Shown here: positions 11,236 through 23,667 of the stretch, one piece after another | How positions within the stretch are numbered: position 1 is the stretch's first letter | Layout of the letters: the number at the start of each line of letters is the position of its first letter | Origin: Guillardia theta CCMP2712 | Taxonomy: Eukaryota > Protista > Cryptophyta | Direction: 5' to 3' | Assembly: GCF_000315625.1 (NCBI RefSeq) | Contig: NW_005434647.1 | Coordinates: 294,936-358,935, forward strand | Length of the DNA: 64,000 nucleotides | Program-made: the position numbers and the translations under genes | The notes under the pieces: generated by a model | Told to the model about the DNA's origin: nothing | What the model saw: only the letters and a program-made list of their open reading frames with translations | The model's database searches: none

Positions 11236-13289
11236 ATGCAAGGCCTCAAGCGGGCTGCCTTCCTCATCCTCGCCGTCGTTGCTGATAGCTCGCATGGCTT
11301 CCAGTTCTTAGGATCTCCTGCCCTCCGAGTACAGCGTCCTGCATTGAGTGTGAACAGGCCGTCTTCTCCTCTCAGCCCGAAGCTGCGATTCAATGCACCC
11401 TCCCGATCCGGGCGAGGCTTTTTGAAGCAGCTTCGCTCCTCGTCCACTGAAACTCTCTCCGACTCCAACCTCAAGCCCTCCGATGACAATGACAAGGATC
11501 CGGACGATTACGTCCTCTACGATGACAGGTGGGTGCAGCTGGGCCTCCTGTCTCTACTTGCCCTCCTGTCGGACTGGGCTTGCTTCGCCGCTGTAGGGGG
11601 GCCGAAGACGTGGGTCTCTTCCTTCCATCACAATCCAGACGAGCTGATCGATCTCTTCCTGTTCTCCAACGTGATCAGCTGCTTCCTCTTCACCGATGTC
11701 AGCAGGAGGTTCGGGCTCAAGAAGTCCGTCACCTGGGCTGCTGGCCTGATGACCCTGGGGTGTGCGTTACGTTCAGGGCTGTCGTTTCTCCCTCCTTTCG
11801 ACAGGTGAGGTGCTTGCCCTCCGCCGCCGCTCTTCTGACCTGCGTCTGCGTCCTCAGGTACGACTGGGTTGTGCCGGACTACCTCTTTGAGATCACTGGC
11901 ACAATCCTCATCGGAATCGCCCAGCCGTTTTTCCAATGCTCCCCTCCTCAGCTGTCCGCGACCTGGTTCGGATCGAACGAGAGGGCGCTAGCCACGGCAG
12001 TTTGTCTGAATGCAAACCAGCTGGGGATTGCCACGGCGTTTGTGGTGGGTGGCACGATGCTCAATGGGAAAGTTCCGGAAGCGCTGGATGAATACCTAAC
12101 CATGATCACCTTCGCGTCCCTTGCTGTCTTCGGAGGGACCGTCGCCTGGTTCAAGGACAGACCGCCGACGCCTCCGACATCGTCTGCGGCCAGGGCGGCC
12201 AAGGAAGAGGACGCGCGACAGAAGGCTCTGGCTGAAGGAAAGGACGTGGGCCCCTTCTTCACGTATCCGCAGACTGCTCTATCGCTCCTGAGCAACAAGG
12301 TCCGATCTCACTCGTGTTGTGTCCATGGCAGCAAGGACGCGTGTGCCTCTTCCTCACACTGTCTGCAGGGTTTTTTGCCGCCGCTTGCAGCCTTCGTGGC
12401 TTCTATCGGCGTCACCAACGTTGTCTCAGCATTCACCTCCGAGACCATGCACAGGGCAGGTTTTGTTCGGGAGGCCATCATCGATGAGATAGGAGCTGGC
12501 TTCCAGGTCCCGACCTTCTCTCTCCTTGTGCGCACGTGTGAACTTGTTCCGCAGGTGGCCATCATGTTGGGTGGGATCCTCCTTGGACGATACGTCGATC
12601 GCACGAAGCAGTACAAGGGAGTCACGCTCGCCTGCTTCGGCCTCACCATTTCCACTCTATCCCTCCTGGGGATCGCCGAGGGTTATGACATGAACTTGCC
12701 GGGGTGAGAGATGCAGAGTTGCATTTCTCGCCACTGACTATCATCTCTTTGCTCTGCTCTTGTTCCCCTGTCCGTCTCTCTCCCTCTCCTGCTGCAGCTG
12801 GGTGGTTGTGTCCAGCCTCATCGCTCTCGGCGCCTCCGCCGGGCCTGTCCAGCCGATCAATGCCGAGCTTGCCGTGGAGGTGACGAGCACGGCATGTCGA
12901 TCGACTGATCGCTGACCTGCTGGTAGGTGACCTACCCGTCCGACGAAAATGCTGTCGAGGCGACGCAGCAGCTCTGCGGCAACTTTTTCTCGGTCAGCCA
13001 GCCTCGTCCTCCCTGTGCTGCCGTCTGATGCTGCCGTCTTCAGGCCCTGCTCGTTCCCATCTGCGTGACAGCCTCTCAGCTGGACTTCAAGATCCTGCCA
13101 GGCATCGGACCCAACGAGGATGTGCGAGGAGACACCCTCGTCCTCATTGCCCTCGCCTCGGTGGTGAGAGATTTGTGTGCGTGTCCGTCATGGCGCCTTG
13201 ACTTGCTCGACTAGGTGGCGCTGATTTTTTCGACCTTCAACGCCGAGCTCAAGCGAGAGGCGTTGGACTCTCACCATCATCACGAGTGA
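11236..13289 (+). CDS. MFS transporter, FLVCR/SLC49-like, with a bipartite plastid-targeting presequence
   Basis: Motifs QPFFQCSPPQLSATWFGSNERALATAVCLNANQLGIA and ELAVEVTYP; N-terminus MQGLKRAAFLILAVVADSSHG|FQF plus S/R/P-rich transit peptide; about 8 exons. Confidence 0.85.
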
Positions 13290-13348
13290 GGGCCACAGCA
13301 ATGAAGGGCGGGAGGAGGAGGAGGCGATCGGACGCTTTTAACGCATCT

Positions 13349-15007
13349 TCAGAGTAGCATGTTGTACTCCCGGTCTTGTGACATATTTCTGAAATATCTC
13401 ATGCCTGGAGACTGGGAGGCGGGAGGGAGGGAGGGAGGGAGGATGCAGGTGAAGGAAGGGAGGCTAGAAGTAAGGGCCTGCTCTCGTCTCGGCCTGAGGG
13501 CTCGAGGAAGGCTGGGTCGAAGGAGGTCGGCTCGAAGAAGGTTTTGAGCCTCGGATCTCGGACATCCGTATGACGAAGAAGAAGATGCCGGCAAAGGCCG
13601 AGGCCCACAGGATGACCACAAGGGTCCCAACGACCTGAACTCCGAACTGCTCTCCTGACCTGCACGCCGTGTTCACGTTGGGGTACCCCGCGTACCTGAC
13701 GTTGCTGTCCGTGCAGAAGATTCCAGTTGACCACGAGCCCCACAGCCCGCCGAAGCCATGGACGATGCAGGCCTCTCGCGGGTCGTCGAGACTGAGAACC
13801 TCGAGCATCGTGTGCCCTGCGAAGAGGAAGACGGCAGCTCCGAGACCGATCAAGAATGCCATCCTGCTCAGCGTTAGGAATCCCTGACAAAAATTACCAA
13901 GGGGGGAGGGGAAGGCAAGGAGAGGAGGAGAAGAGCAGAGCAGAGGAGGGGCAGACCAGGGCTTGACGACCGAGCAAGCTCCACTGATAGCGACGAGGCC
14001 GATGAGAACTCCGTTGATTATTGACATGTAGTTGAGCTTTCTATCGAAGATGTAGGTGATGAGCGTCGAGAAGATCACTGAAGAGCTGCAGCAGATGGCA
14101 GTGTTCATTACGACCTTGCCTGCTGCGTTGGACCTTCCCTCCGAGATGAAGACCGTCCACCCTGCGTACGATCCGAAGCTCCCGAACCAGACCAGGAGGG
14201 TTCCCAGCGCGAGTATCACAGGGTTCGCCTCCCTAGTGCTGCGTCTCTTCCTCGGCCCCAGCACGACCACACCGACCAGCCCCGAGAAGCCGCTGGCCAG
14301 GTGGACCACAGCTGAGCCCGCATGGTCGATGAAGCCGTTGGAGGACTCGCTGTACTTGAAGATCGGGCGAGGCACTCCGTTGCTGTTGGGGTATGCCCCC
14401 CATGCCGACAGCCAACCCTGTCCCCAGATCCAGTGGGCGATGACGGGCCAAACCCAGCTGCTGAAGAAGAAGGTGTAGGCGAGGGTGGAGGCCAAGTCGA
14501 CTCGCTCCTGCAACGAGGTGAAGAGAAGGACGGCGGCGATCGCCGAGAAGGAGCTCTGGAAGAACCAGCGGTGGGCACCAGTGATCTTGGCGCTGTAGTA
14601 GTACATGTCCGAGTCGGCAAAGTCGGTAGTACCGAAGAATCCTCCCTCATCTTTACCGAAGGCGAGCGCGTGCCCTATGATCCAGTAGCAGAAGAAGGTG
14701 AAGCACACGATGGTGAAGTTCTTGGTAAAGACGAAGTCCATCTGCCCTGTCCTGACGGTGCCTGCCTCCAAGACAACGTAGCCAACGAGCATCGCGACGA
14801 CGAAGAACCCTTAAGTTGTTGAGAGAGTCAGAACAGCAAACGAGTCAAGTTGGATAAGCTCTCACCGCACATCAACATCCATGCAACATTGACTTGTGCC
14901 ATCTCAGCGTTCACGAAGGCGCTCAATGCAGTCGCATTGTTGGCGACATACGCTTGGAGCATTCCTCGGACGAGAGCAGATTGCGTGGGGTCTGTGATGG
15001 TGGACAT
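13349..15007 (-). CDS. AMT: Ammonium transporter (AMT/Mep/Rh family), divergent
   Basis: Motifs FQSSFSAI, AHWIWGQGWL, DHAGSAVVH, LGPR, NGVLIGLVAIS and DDPREACIVHG; about 11 hydrophobic segments. Confidence 0.9.
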
Positions 15008-16247
15008 GATACAAGAACTCTACCGCTGCTCCTCCCGTGTCAAATCAAAGTTGCACAATAAAGTCTAGAACAGGCTCAGGCGTTCTCGAGCATTCACACC
15101 TGAAAAATACGTGAGATGAGAATGGAAATGCGGGGATCAATTTGCCATCGCATTCTGTTCTTAGTAGCAAAACTGCTGCAAGCTCTCATACAGATTCATG
15201 TCCAGCCTCCCGCTAGCTCACTCTGGTCCTCATCTTCCTCTTATTCTCCACCTCTCCTTCTCCTTCTCCTTCTGCATTCTTCAAACGATGTGCATTCCAC
15301 GATGAGCCTCGTATCGCCATTCCTCCGCCTAATACCCCCACCCATCCTCCAAGTCAGGTCGACATCATATACCCCTACAAAACATAATCAACCACCCACC
15401 ATTTTACACTACCCCACCTCCAAATTCCGTGAATCTGAAGAGTCCGGCCGATCCGAGGTAACTGTTCATCACCACCCACCCACCATTTCATAACCCCCTA
15501 CCCACTCTATTTTGTGAGTACCCTATAAGTTTAGGCAAAATGCAAGTCAAAAGGTCCTAGATCGAAAATGTACACCCACCCTAAGATGACCCCTACCCCC
15601 CTGTTTTCAGCGGTCAAACTCCTCAGTGAGACCAAACTCCGACTCGAGTGGAGGGAGGGAAATATGTAGACGGCGAGGAAGAAGGAAGAATGTTGGAAGA
15701 AGAAAGAATGTTGGGGAAGAACAATGCCGAAGATCCTTGGAAAGATTGAGCTTTGATTGGATGACACATGACACACATGTGCCCTTGAGTCTGTTTTTTT
15801 TTTATAGTAAAAGAAAAAAGAAAGAAAAGGACAAGAAAAACAACAACAAACAAACAAAACAGTGTTTATCGCAAAGGCAAGAAAATATCATCATTAGTGT
15901 ACATCCTGTCCTTACTTCTAACACTAACATCATGTTTCACTAACATCTTCAAAGCTCATCCCTTTCCCTTTTATTCGCGAAAGTCATCTCATTGTTTTTC
16001 TTTCGTTGGGGCAACGGAGAGGTCTGTCAGAGAACAGGTGGCATGAGGGCCAATGCCGAGAGGAGATGGGCCAAAAAGCTGGGAGAGAGAAGATCATACA
16101 GAGGAGAGGAGAGGAGAGGAGAGGAGAGGAGAGGAGAGGAGAGGAGGGAGGGAGGGAGGAGGAAGGAAGGAGGAGGAGGAGGAGAAAACTTGGATCGTCA
16201 CTTCCGAGTCTTCGTCACGCTCCCCGGCTACCACTAAGTTCTTGTCA

Positions 16248-16698
16248 TGTCGCGCTATCAGCACCATGAGAGGCAACAACTTCATCTCAAGTTGCGAGCA
16301 CAAGAGAAACTTGCGAGTAGATCGGTAGGAGGCAGTGGGATGCTGTCGGCGGACGCAAGAGCCGCCGTCCCTTCCTCGAGAAGATGAGAAGAAGACAACG
16401 ACGTTGATTCTGACTGAACCCTTGATTGAGATGGAGCAAGCTGAGAGATTACAGATCTTGTTTGTAGACAAGGTACGTGGTCAGAACGACAGGGCGGGAG
16501 ATGGAAAGGTTTTCACCTCCTTTGCTCTCGTGCAAAGGAAATGTGCTAGGAGATGGTTTCCTAGTAAACGATAAGACGCCGATTTGTGCTTGTGCGCGGG
16601 TGCTTGCAAACAGCACAGCGGCCTCTCGCTCTTGTCCTACCGCAAGGGGGTCTGTCCAGACACGTTGCGGCAGCGAAGGGTTCATGGGGATCGAGTAA
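16248..16698 (+). CDS. Possible small spliced hypothetical gene
   Basis: Non-repetitive, coding-like sequence with GT donors at about 16325 and 16473; frame unresolved. Confidence 0.2.
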
Positions 16699-17187
16699 AA
16701 TGCTCGAGCAGAATCTGCTTCCTCCTCCTCTCACTTTCCATGCCTCGTTTGCTCTTCTCAGTGTGCATTCCTGTCCTCCTGACCCTGCCCATCCCCTTCC
16801 CCCTCTATCCCCCCCGTCCTTCCTTCCCTGTACTGGTGCCCTACTGAAAGGGGAATTTCAGGGGAAGCCGGTGGGGTATTTTGAACGGGATTATTGTGGG
16901 TGGGGGTGGTCAGAAGAATGCATGAAAGCGGATGAGGAGGGTGATCAGGGAGGTGGGGCGGGAAGGGGAGAGAGGGAGAAGGGAGAGGGAGGAGAGAGAA
17001 GGAAAGAAGGAGAAGGAGAAGGAGAGCAAGGATATCCTAGAAGGGGAGGAAGATAACGGGGCAGTGGGATAGGCAAGGATGGGGCAACAAGGAGGTGAAA
17101 GGTTTGGTGCACAACAATGCTGTGAATCCCTGCGTGACGGGGCTCTGACCTCATGCTGGGTAGAGCACTCCTTCCCTCAGTCGGCCA

Positions 17188-20024
17188 TGAGCAACCTGAC
17201 GGGCAGCTTGATGGTGAGCCCTGCATGCCCTGGCCCGAGGTCGCTGACGGCGGGCGGGCAGGACATGGACGAGACGGTGGAGGGGGTGGAGAGCGAAACT
17301 ATGAGGGAGGAAAAGATCACGGAGATCACACCCTCCGCCAACTTCGACCTGGAGGGCTACATCTCCAACTACACCGGGAGGACCAGGGCTATCAGGCTCA
17401 AGTTCATCGCCGAGAGGACCCCCGCCCTTCAAGCCGACGCCATCAAGATGTTGGTCCACGAGGTGAGAGATCGCTGAGAGGGGGGGGGGTGGGGGATAAG
17501 GAGGGGGAGAGGAGCAGGAAGGGAGGGATGGGTGGAAGGGAGGGGACGGAGGGGATGGAAGAGTAGGCAAGGCAGGGCAGTGAGGGAGGGAGGGGAGGAA
17601 GTGTGAAGAGGGGAGGGGAGGGGAGGGGGAGGGAGGAAGGTAAGGAACTAGGCAAGGGTGGGGACCATGAGCCGGAGGTGACCGCAGCCGCTGAAGAAAT
17701 CTTGGTCAGGTCAAGTCTGGGCCGAATGTGAAGCTGTACAAGGAGTGTGATCCAGTTTCGTTAGAGACCAGTCGGGCCCCAGGGGGGTAGGTTTGGATCT
17801 AGAGCCGGATGGATCGAGCACGGATCAGGCGGTGAAGACCCTGGAGAAAGCTCGTGGTCTGCTTGGCTCTAGTGGGAGGGCGCTTAGATTAGGGGCAGGT
17901 GGGTTCTGCCCGGCCCAAGCTGAACTCCCTTAAAAGGAGAAGGGCAGAGTGAAAGAAGAGGGAAGGATNNNNNNNNNNNNNNNNNNNNNNNNNNNNNNNN
18001 NNNNNNNNNNNNNNNNNNNNNNNNNNNNNNNNNNNNNNNNNNNNNNNNNNNNNNNNNNNNNNNNNNNNGCAGGTTATCAAGTTAAGGATAGAGATGCGGA
18101 ACTTCTTCGCATGTGCTCACTCCGTGACCAAAGCTGAGCAGTGGAGCACTGGGAGGATCCGGTAAGTTGAGATCGAATCTTTCTCGTTGGCAACAGGATT
18201 CCTCCTCCTACCTCGCATGCGACCTCCATCTTATAACCCCCTCCCCTCATCATCCGCTCCTCTTTTAACCTTTTCCCCTAATCCCCCTCCCTTCCACTTC
18301 CACTCCCTCCCTCCCTCCCTCCCTCCCCTCCCTCCCCTCCCTCCCTCCCTCCCTCCCTCCCTCCCTCCCTCCCTCCCTCCCTCCCTCCCTCTCTTTTCGT
18401 TCTTCTCCCCGCTCTCTCTCCTCCTATTCTCAAGTTTACTTCTCCCCATTTCTTTTCGCTCCAATTGATGTGAACTCCCACTGATCTCTTCTGCTTCCTT
18501 CAGAGCACCATTGCAAAGCTCAGGGCTGCGAGCGGGTTGGCTAACCTTGACAGCGGGAAGTACAAGATAGTAAGGACGAGAGGCGAGCGAACGAGGTGGC
18601 TGAGACCATGGCAGGCCGCGACCAAGTTTACCTCAATGAAGTTTGAGGAGAAGAAAGAGAACAACCAAACTGTGCGTAGCCCTCCGACCTGCGATGTCAG
18701 GGCCGTGACGATGAGTTGGTTGTCAGACCATGAAGAACATTCACCCCGACGAGCTTGCATTCAATGAGGTCTTGCCCTTGCCTTGTCCCTCCGCCACCTC
18801 TGACATCGAGACGGAACTCGCAGGTCATCGCCCCGCACGACGTGGCCATCTATGGTGGCCTCTGTGCTCTTGCCACATTCGATCGCTCCGAGCTCGCGGC
18901 CAAGGTATGGGGAGACGATCGCCGTCCTCCTGCTGATCCGCCCGGTCAGGTGATGGAGGATGCGGCGTTCAAGCAGTTCCTCGAGCTCGTGCCCGACTGT
19001 CGGGAACTTATCTCCGACTTCTACCACAGCCGATACTCCTCCTGCTTGGTACTCCGATACTACCTTCTCTCCCTTCCTTCCCCCTCCCCCTCTCATTCTC
19101 CCATCCTCCACTCCCCTCCTGCCCTCTGCTTCTCCCTCACCCTGGACTTCTACAGGCTCTCATGGAGAAGATGAAGGGAGATCTCATGCTTGACATGTAC
19201 ATGAACCCACATGTCGACAAGCTCTACGAGATGATCCGCTCGAAGGCCTTAGTCCAGGTGAACCTTTTTCAACCCTTTCCGCTTCCTCTGCCACCTCCGA
19301 AGCGTCTCTCCTGAGCCTTTCATGTCCTCCCTCCACCTCGATCTTTGACCAACTTTTCCTTCCTCGCGCACGAGTCTCTCCCTCCCTCTCTCCCTCCCTC
19401 CCTCCTTCCCTCCCTCCCTCCCCCCCTCCTCCCTCTCTTGAGCTCGTTCCTCCTCGATGGACTGCGACTGACGCACTACCAGTACTTCACGCCTTTCGCT
19501 TCCGTCCAGATGCCGCTCATGGCACAGGCGTTCAGCACGAATGTGGCAGATCTGCAGAAGGAGCTGACGCAGGTGGGAGGAGGAGGAGGAGGAGGAGGAG
19601 GAGGAGGACGAAGAGAGCTGAAAGTGGAGCAGCTCATCATGAAGAAAGAGATCAAGGCAAGGATAGACAGTCACAACAAGACTGTGTACGCACGTCAAGC
19701 GGATCAGGTGGAGAGGAGAGGAGGAGGATGCCTTCCCTCCCCTCTAACCATCACTGCAGGAGGTCAGCACCTTCCACCGTGCGCTGCAGATGGGAATGGA
19801 GTACGAGAGACAGGTACGGAGAGGAAGACGAGTCCATGACGATGGAGGAGGAGGGAAGGAGGTGGTGGTGGTGGTTGTGGTGCAGGAGGAGGAGGAGGAG
19901 GAGGAGCTGATCGCAACGATAGACGACTGCTCTGCTCCTCCGTCTTGACCTCATCCGCAACGATCTTTCCATCAAGGCGAACAGGATCCAGGGGCCCCCA
20001 CGAGGCGACAGGGACGAGGACTAG
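17188..20024 (+). CDS. CSN1: COP9 signalosome subunit 1 (CSN1/GPS1), interrupted by an assembly gap
   Basis: [64 protein letters not shown] and ARIDSHNK (PCI domain). Confidence 0.93.
17969..18068. other. Assembly gap (100 N)
   Basis: Run of N. Confidence 1.
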
Positions 20025-20069
20025 CATGTCACGTACTGTACCAACAGAAGCCTAGCAGCACATGTCCCG

Positions 20070-22889
20070 TCATGCCTCGTCATGCATGATCAGCTCCTCC
20101 ACCAGGCTCCCGTCCAGCGTCTCCTCCCCCCTGCTGCAATGGTCAACTCCTGCTCCTGTTCCTACTGCTCCCCCAGCCCCACATCTCTATTCTGTCTCCT
20201 TCTTGCTCACTGTTTCTCCCTCCCTCCGGCTCTCACAAACTCAAATCTCCCATTCCCGTCCCTTCGACCCTTTTCCTTCCTCTTTTTGGCTTCTCTACCC
20301 ATCGGTGCCAGTGATCCTTCTTACCACCTTCTCCTCCCTCCCTCCCCCCCTCCTTCACTCACTCCTCTTCTCCCTCCTCCACCTCACCTTGCACCATCCA
20401 CATCGATGCTCTCCTCCATGTCAACGCTGTTGCTCGTCGTATCCACCTGCTCTCGTCCTCAGCGCACGTGACAGAAGCAACTTGTCTGCCTCCACCTTCC
20501 CCTCGTCGTCCCCCAGCACTTTCATCACCGACTCCCCCTTCTGCTCCCCGTTGCGACCTGCTCGTCTCCTTCACCATCCAGAGAGCGTGCGAGTCCTGCC
20601 GTACCTCTGCTCTTCACGGACCGATGGCGGGAACGAGCCTCTGGGGGCAGCAGCGCGTGCTGATCCGCCATCTCCATGAGCGACGTCGGGGTCTTGGCCG
20701 GCTTGTCTGCGAGAGAATGAGGAGGGGGAAAGGGGGAGGACGAGGAGAAGGAGGGAGGGGGCGGAGAGGAAGAGAGGGAGGGGGGGAGGGGGATAGGAAG
20801 ACGGGGCAGGTGGTTGCACCTTTGACAGAAGTAGAGTTGAGCTTTTCCTTGAGGGCTTCTACTTCATTCTTGAGCTCTTCTAACTCGTCCTTTGCTGAGG
20901 AGAGCTGCAATGAGATTCGTCAGATGAGGAGCGACAAGGGGGGCGGAGCAGAGAAGCGCTGTGTAGGGCAGAGCACATCCAGAGCAGGACAAGGGCAGGG
21001 CAGAGTGAACAGATGAGGAGAGGGGAGGGAGGTTGAAGAACGGGGAGGAGACGAGGCGAGACGAGTCGAGCAGGAGGGTCAAAGGAGAGGTACAAAAGCA
21101 TTGCAGGGGCCGTGGGATGTGCGGAGCAGTTGAAGGCATCGCACCTCGTACTCTTTCTCCGACAGCTCTGACTTGAGGTCTTCCACCTACACCCCATCAT
21201 AAGCCGCCGCTGCCTCCTCCTCCCCTCTCTTCTTCCCCTCTTTTCTTCTCTGCCATGTTGGGGAGGTTGGGAGAAGGAGGGGGGGGGAAGAGAGAGAGAG
21301 AGAGAGAGGAAGGATGCAGGAACAAAGAGGAGCTGCTCGTTCACCTGCTTCTCCAACTTCGTTTCCTTCTTCCTGAGCTGCTCGTTCTCTGCCTTGAGCT
21401 TCGTGCTCTCCTCCCGCAACTTGTCCGACTCTCCGTGCTTGCCCCCGTTCCTGCTCGCCTTGTGCTTGTCCTCCCTCATCGGGCTCGCGCTCTCCTCCTG
21501 AGCCTTCCCGTGCACCTTCCTCTGCAGCTCCGCAACCTGCAGGCTCAGCGCTCGGTTCTCGTTGACCTTGCTCTGCAGGGCCGCCTCCTTCATGTCGACC
21601 TGCTCCTGCAACGCCTTCATCTGCTCCGCCTTCTCCTTCAGCTTCAACTTGTGCAGCTTCTTGTCCGACTCTCGTGCTGCCTCGATCGTGCTGAGCTTCT
21701 TCTGCATCATCTCCGCCTGCTCGCTCGATACCCCGGGGGAGGCGGTGGCAGCCACCGGCTCGCCCTCCCCACTGCTGTTCTTCGCCTCCTTCACCTTCGC
21801 CTCGGCTGCCTTGCACTTCTTCTCCGCTCGCTCTGCTCGCTGCCTCAGTTGCTCTTCGATCGCCTGACGCGACTTGAGCGCCTTCTCAGCGATCTCAAGC
21901 TTTTCCTTCACCCGCCGCGTCTCCTCCCTTGAGATTTGCAAGTCCCCGACGAAGCTTTGAATCTTGTTGGCGTACTCTGCGTCGATGTCCTTGTTCGCCT
22001 GGATGATTCTCTCCTGCCGGCTCATGATCGTCTTCAGCGTCTTGATCTCCTCCTTCAGCTTCTCCTGCTCCTCCCCCTGCATCTTCAGCTTTCCTTCAAA
22101 CTCCACCAGCTTCTCAGGGTTGCGCGCGTCGATCTGCAGCCTGAGGTGTTTGGTCTCGTTCTTGTAGGCCTCGATCTGCTTGTGCAGCTTCGCTACCTCG
22201 GGGGACTCACGGGAGATGTCCTCAAACGATCCCTGGAACTGCAACTTGTTCTTTTCCGCCAGCTTCCTCTTCAGCTGCTCCACCTCGAACTGCGCCGCCT
22301 CAAGGTTCTTCTCGCTCTTCCTCGACCGAGCCTTCTCCCTCTTCACCTGCTCCTTGTACTTAGCAACCATCTCCTCGTTCTCCTTCTCCGCCTGCGCCTC
22401 CAAGGCAGCGATGCGCTCCTGCGCGCTCTGCAGCTCCTGCTGCAGCTGCTCTTTTGACATCATCGCCTCCTTCATCCTCAGCTGGAACTTCTCTTCCAGG
22501 TCCTGCTCGTGCTGCTCGAGAGCCTTCCCCGTCGCCTGCCTCTCGAGCTTGATGTTGTTCTCATGCTCCTCCTTCGCTCGCCTGGCAGCATTCTTCTCCC
22601 GCTCGATGCACTCAATCTTTATCCTCTTGATCTCCTCCTCCTTGGACGAGACCAGCTCTTGCTCCCTCTCCTTCAACTTCCTTTCATGGTCCTCCTCCAG
22701 CGCTTTCATCTTCTCCCTCATGGAAGACAGCTGCTCCGTCAGCTCTTCCACCCTCTTGGCACTCTCTTCGCTGACCATGCTCGATGTCGCCATGGCGCGC
22801 TCCCATCGCTCCCTCTCTTCCTTCACCGCAGCCTCCACCATTGCGGTCACCTCGGCGTTGGGCTGCTCCGTCCCTTTCTGTTCTGCCAT
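20070..22889 (-). CDS. Long coiled-coil protein, possibly lebercilin (LCA5)-like ciliary protein
   Basis: More than 500 aa of E/K heptads; segment LKEEIKTLKTIMSRQERII..YANKIQSFVGDLQISREETRR resembles the lebercilin core; several 3' exons. Confidence 0.6.
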
Positions 22890-23667
22890 ATCAACTTTCT
22901 CGAAGAATCCAACCTTCTCGAAGCTTCTCCTCCTTTCAGCTCACCATCTTCGTCTCAAACGTGCTCTCGGAGAAATACGGTCTCCTTGTTTTCAGTCCGT
23001 TCGCATCGTCCACATCCTCATCATCCTCCACAGCCTTCCTCTATGTATGTCCCCTTCCCTCTCTCTCTTCCTTCTCTATTCATGTCCTCCTGCTCATCCT
23101 CTCTCCTCCGCCTGACTCCTCTTCCTCCTCCCATGTCCTAGCTCCCACCAGTCTCTCCACCATACACACCCAACCGCAACCCTACCCCACCTCCCACCTT
23201 TCAAAAATGTACTACCCTCACCCAGTACTTTTTCAAAATTTGGCTTGATAGTGGGAAATATGTTGAAATATTTCATGAAATGCTCACGAAAATTCGAAAG
23301 TTCTCAGTCAATATTTTCTCTGGTCATTGAATTATTTCACCCACCCCCCACGAAATTCAAGAACCCCTGCTCTCTGAGAAATTTGTGAGGCGGTAGAATG
23401 GCGTGGAGGATCGTAGAGGGCACAAAGGATCGATGAAGTGAGAGCGAGAGACGCGGACAGGAATGGGCGGGGAAGGGAGAGCGCAGGAGAGAAGGTAGCA
23501 TGAGAGCAGAGAGCAGAGAGCAGAGAGCAGAGAGCAGAGAGCAGAGGGAAGGAGAGGGGAGGAAAGGAGAACCAGATTTGTAGCGAGGAACACCTTACCG
23601 TCCGTACCGGGCAGTGTACACGTTTGTCAGGCCCCTCGTGAGAAGGAGAGGATAGGGAGGAGGGATC

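Noticed and set aside
17690-17968. Apparent frameshifts in CSN1 (pseudogene?)
   Set aside because: Adjacent to an N gap and likely low-quality sequence; the remaining exons are intact and conserved
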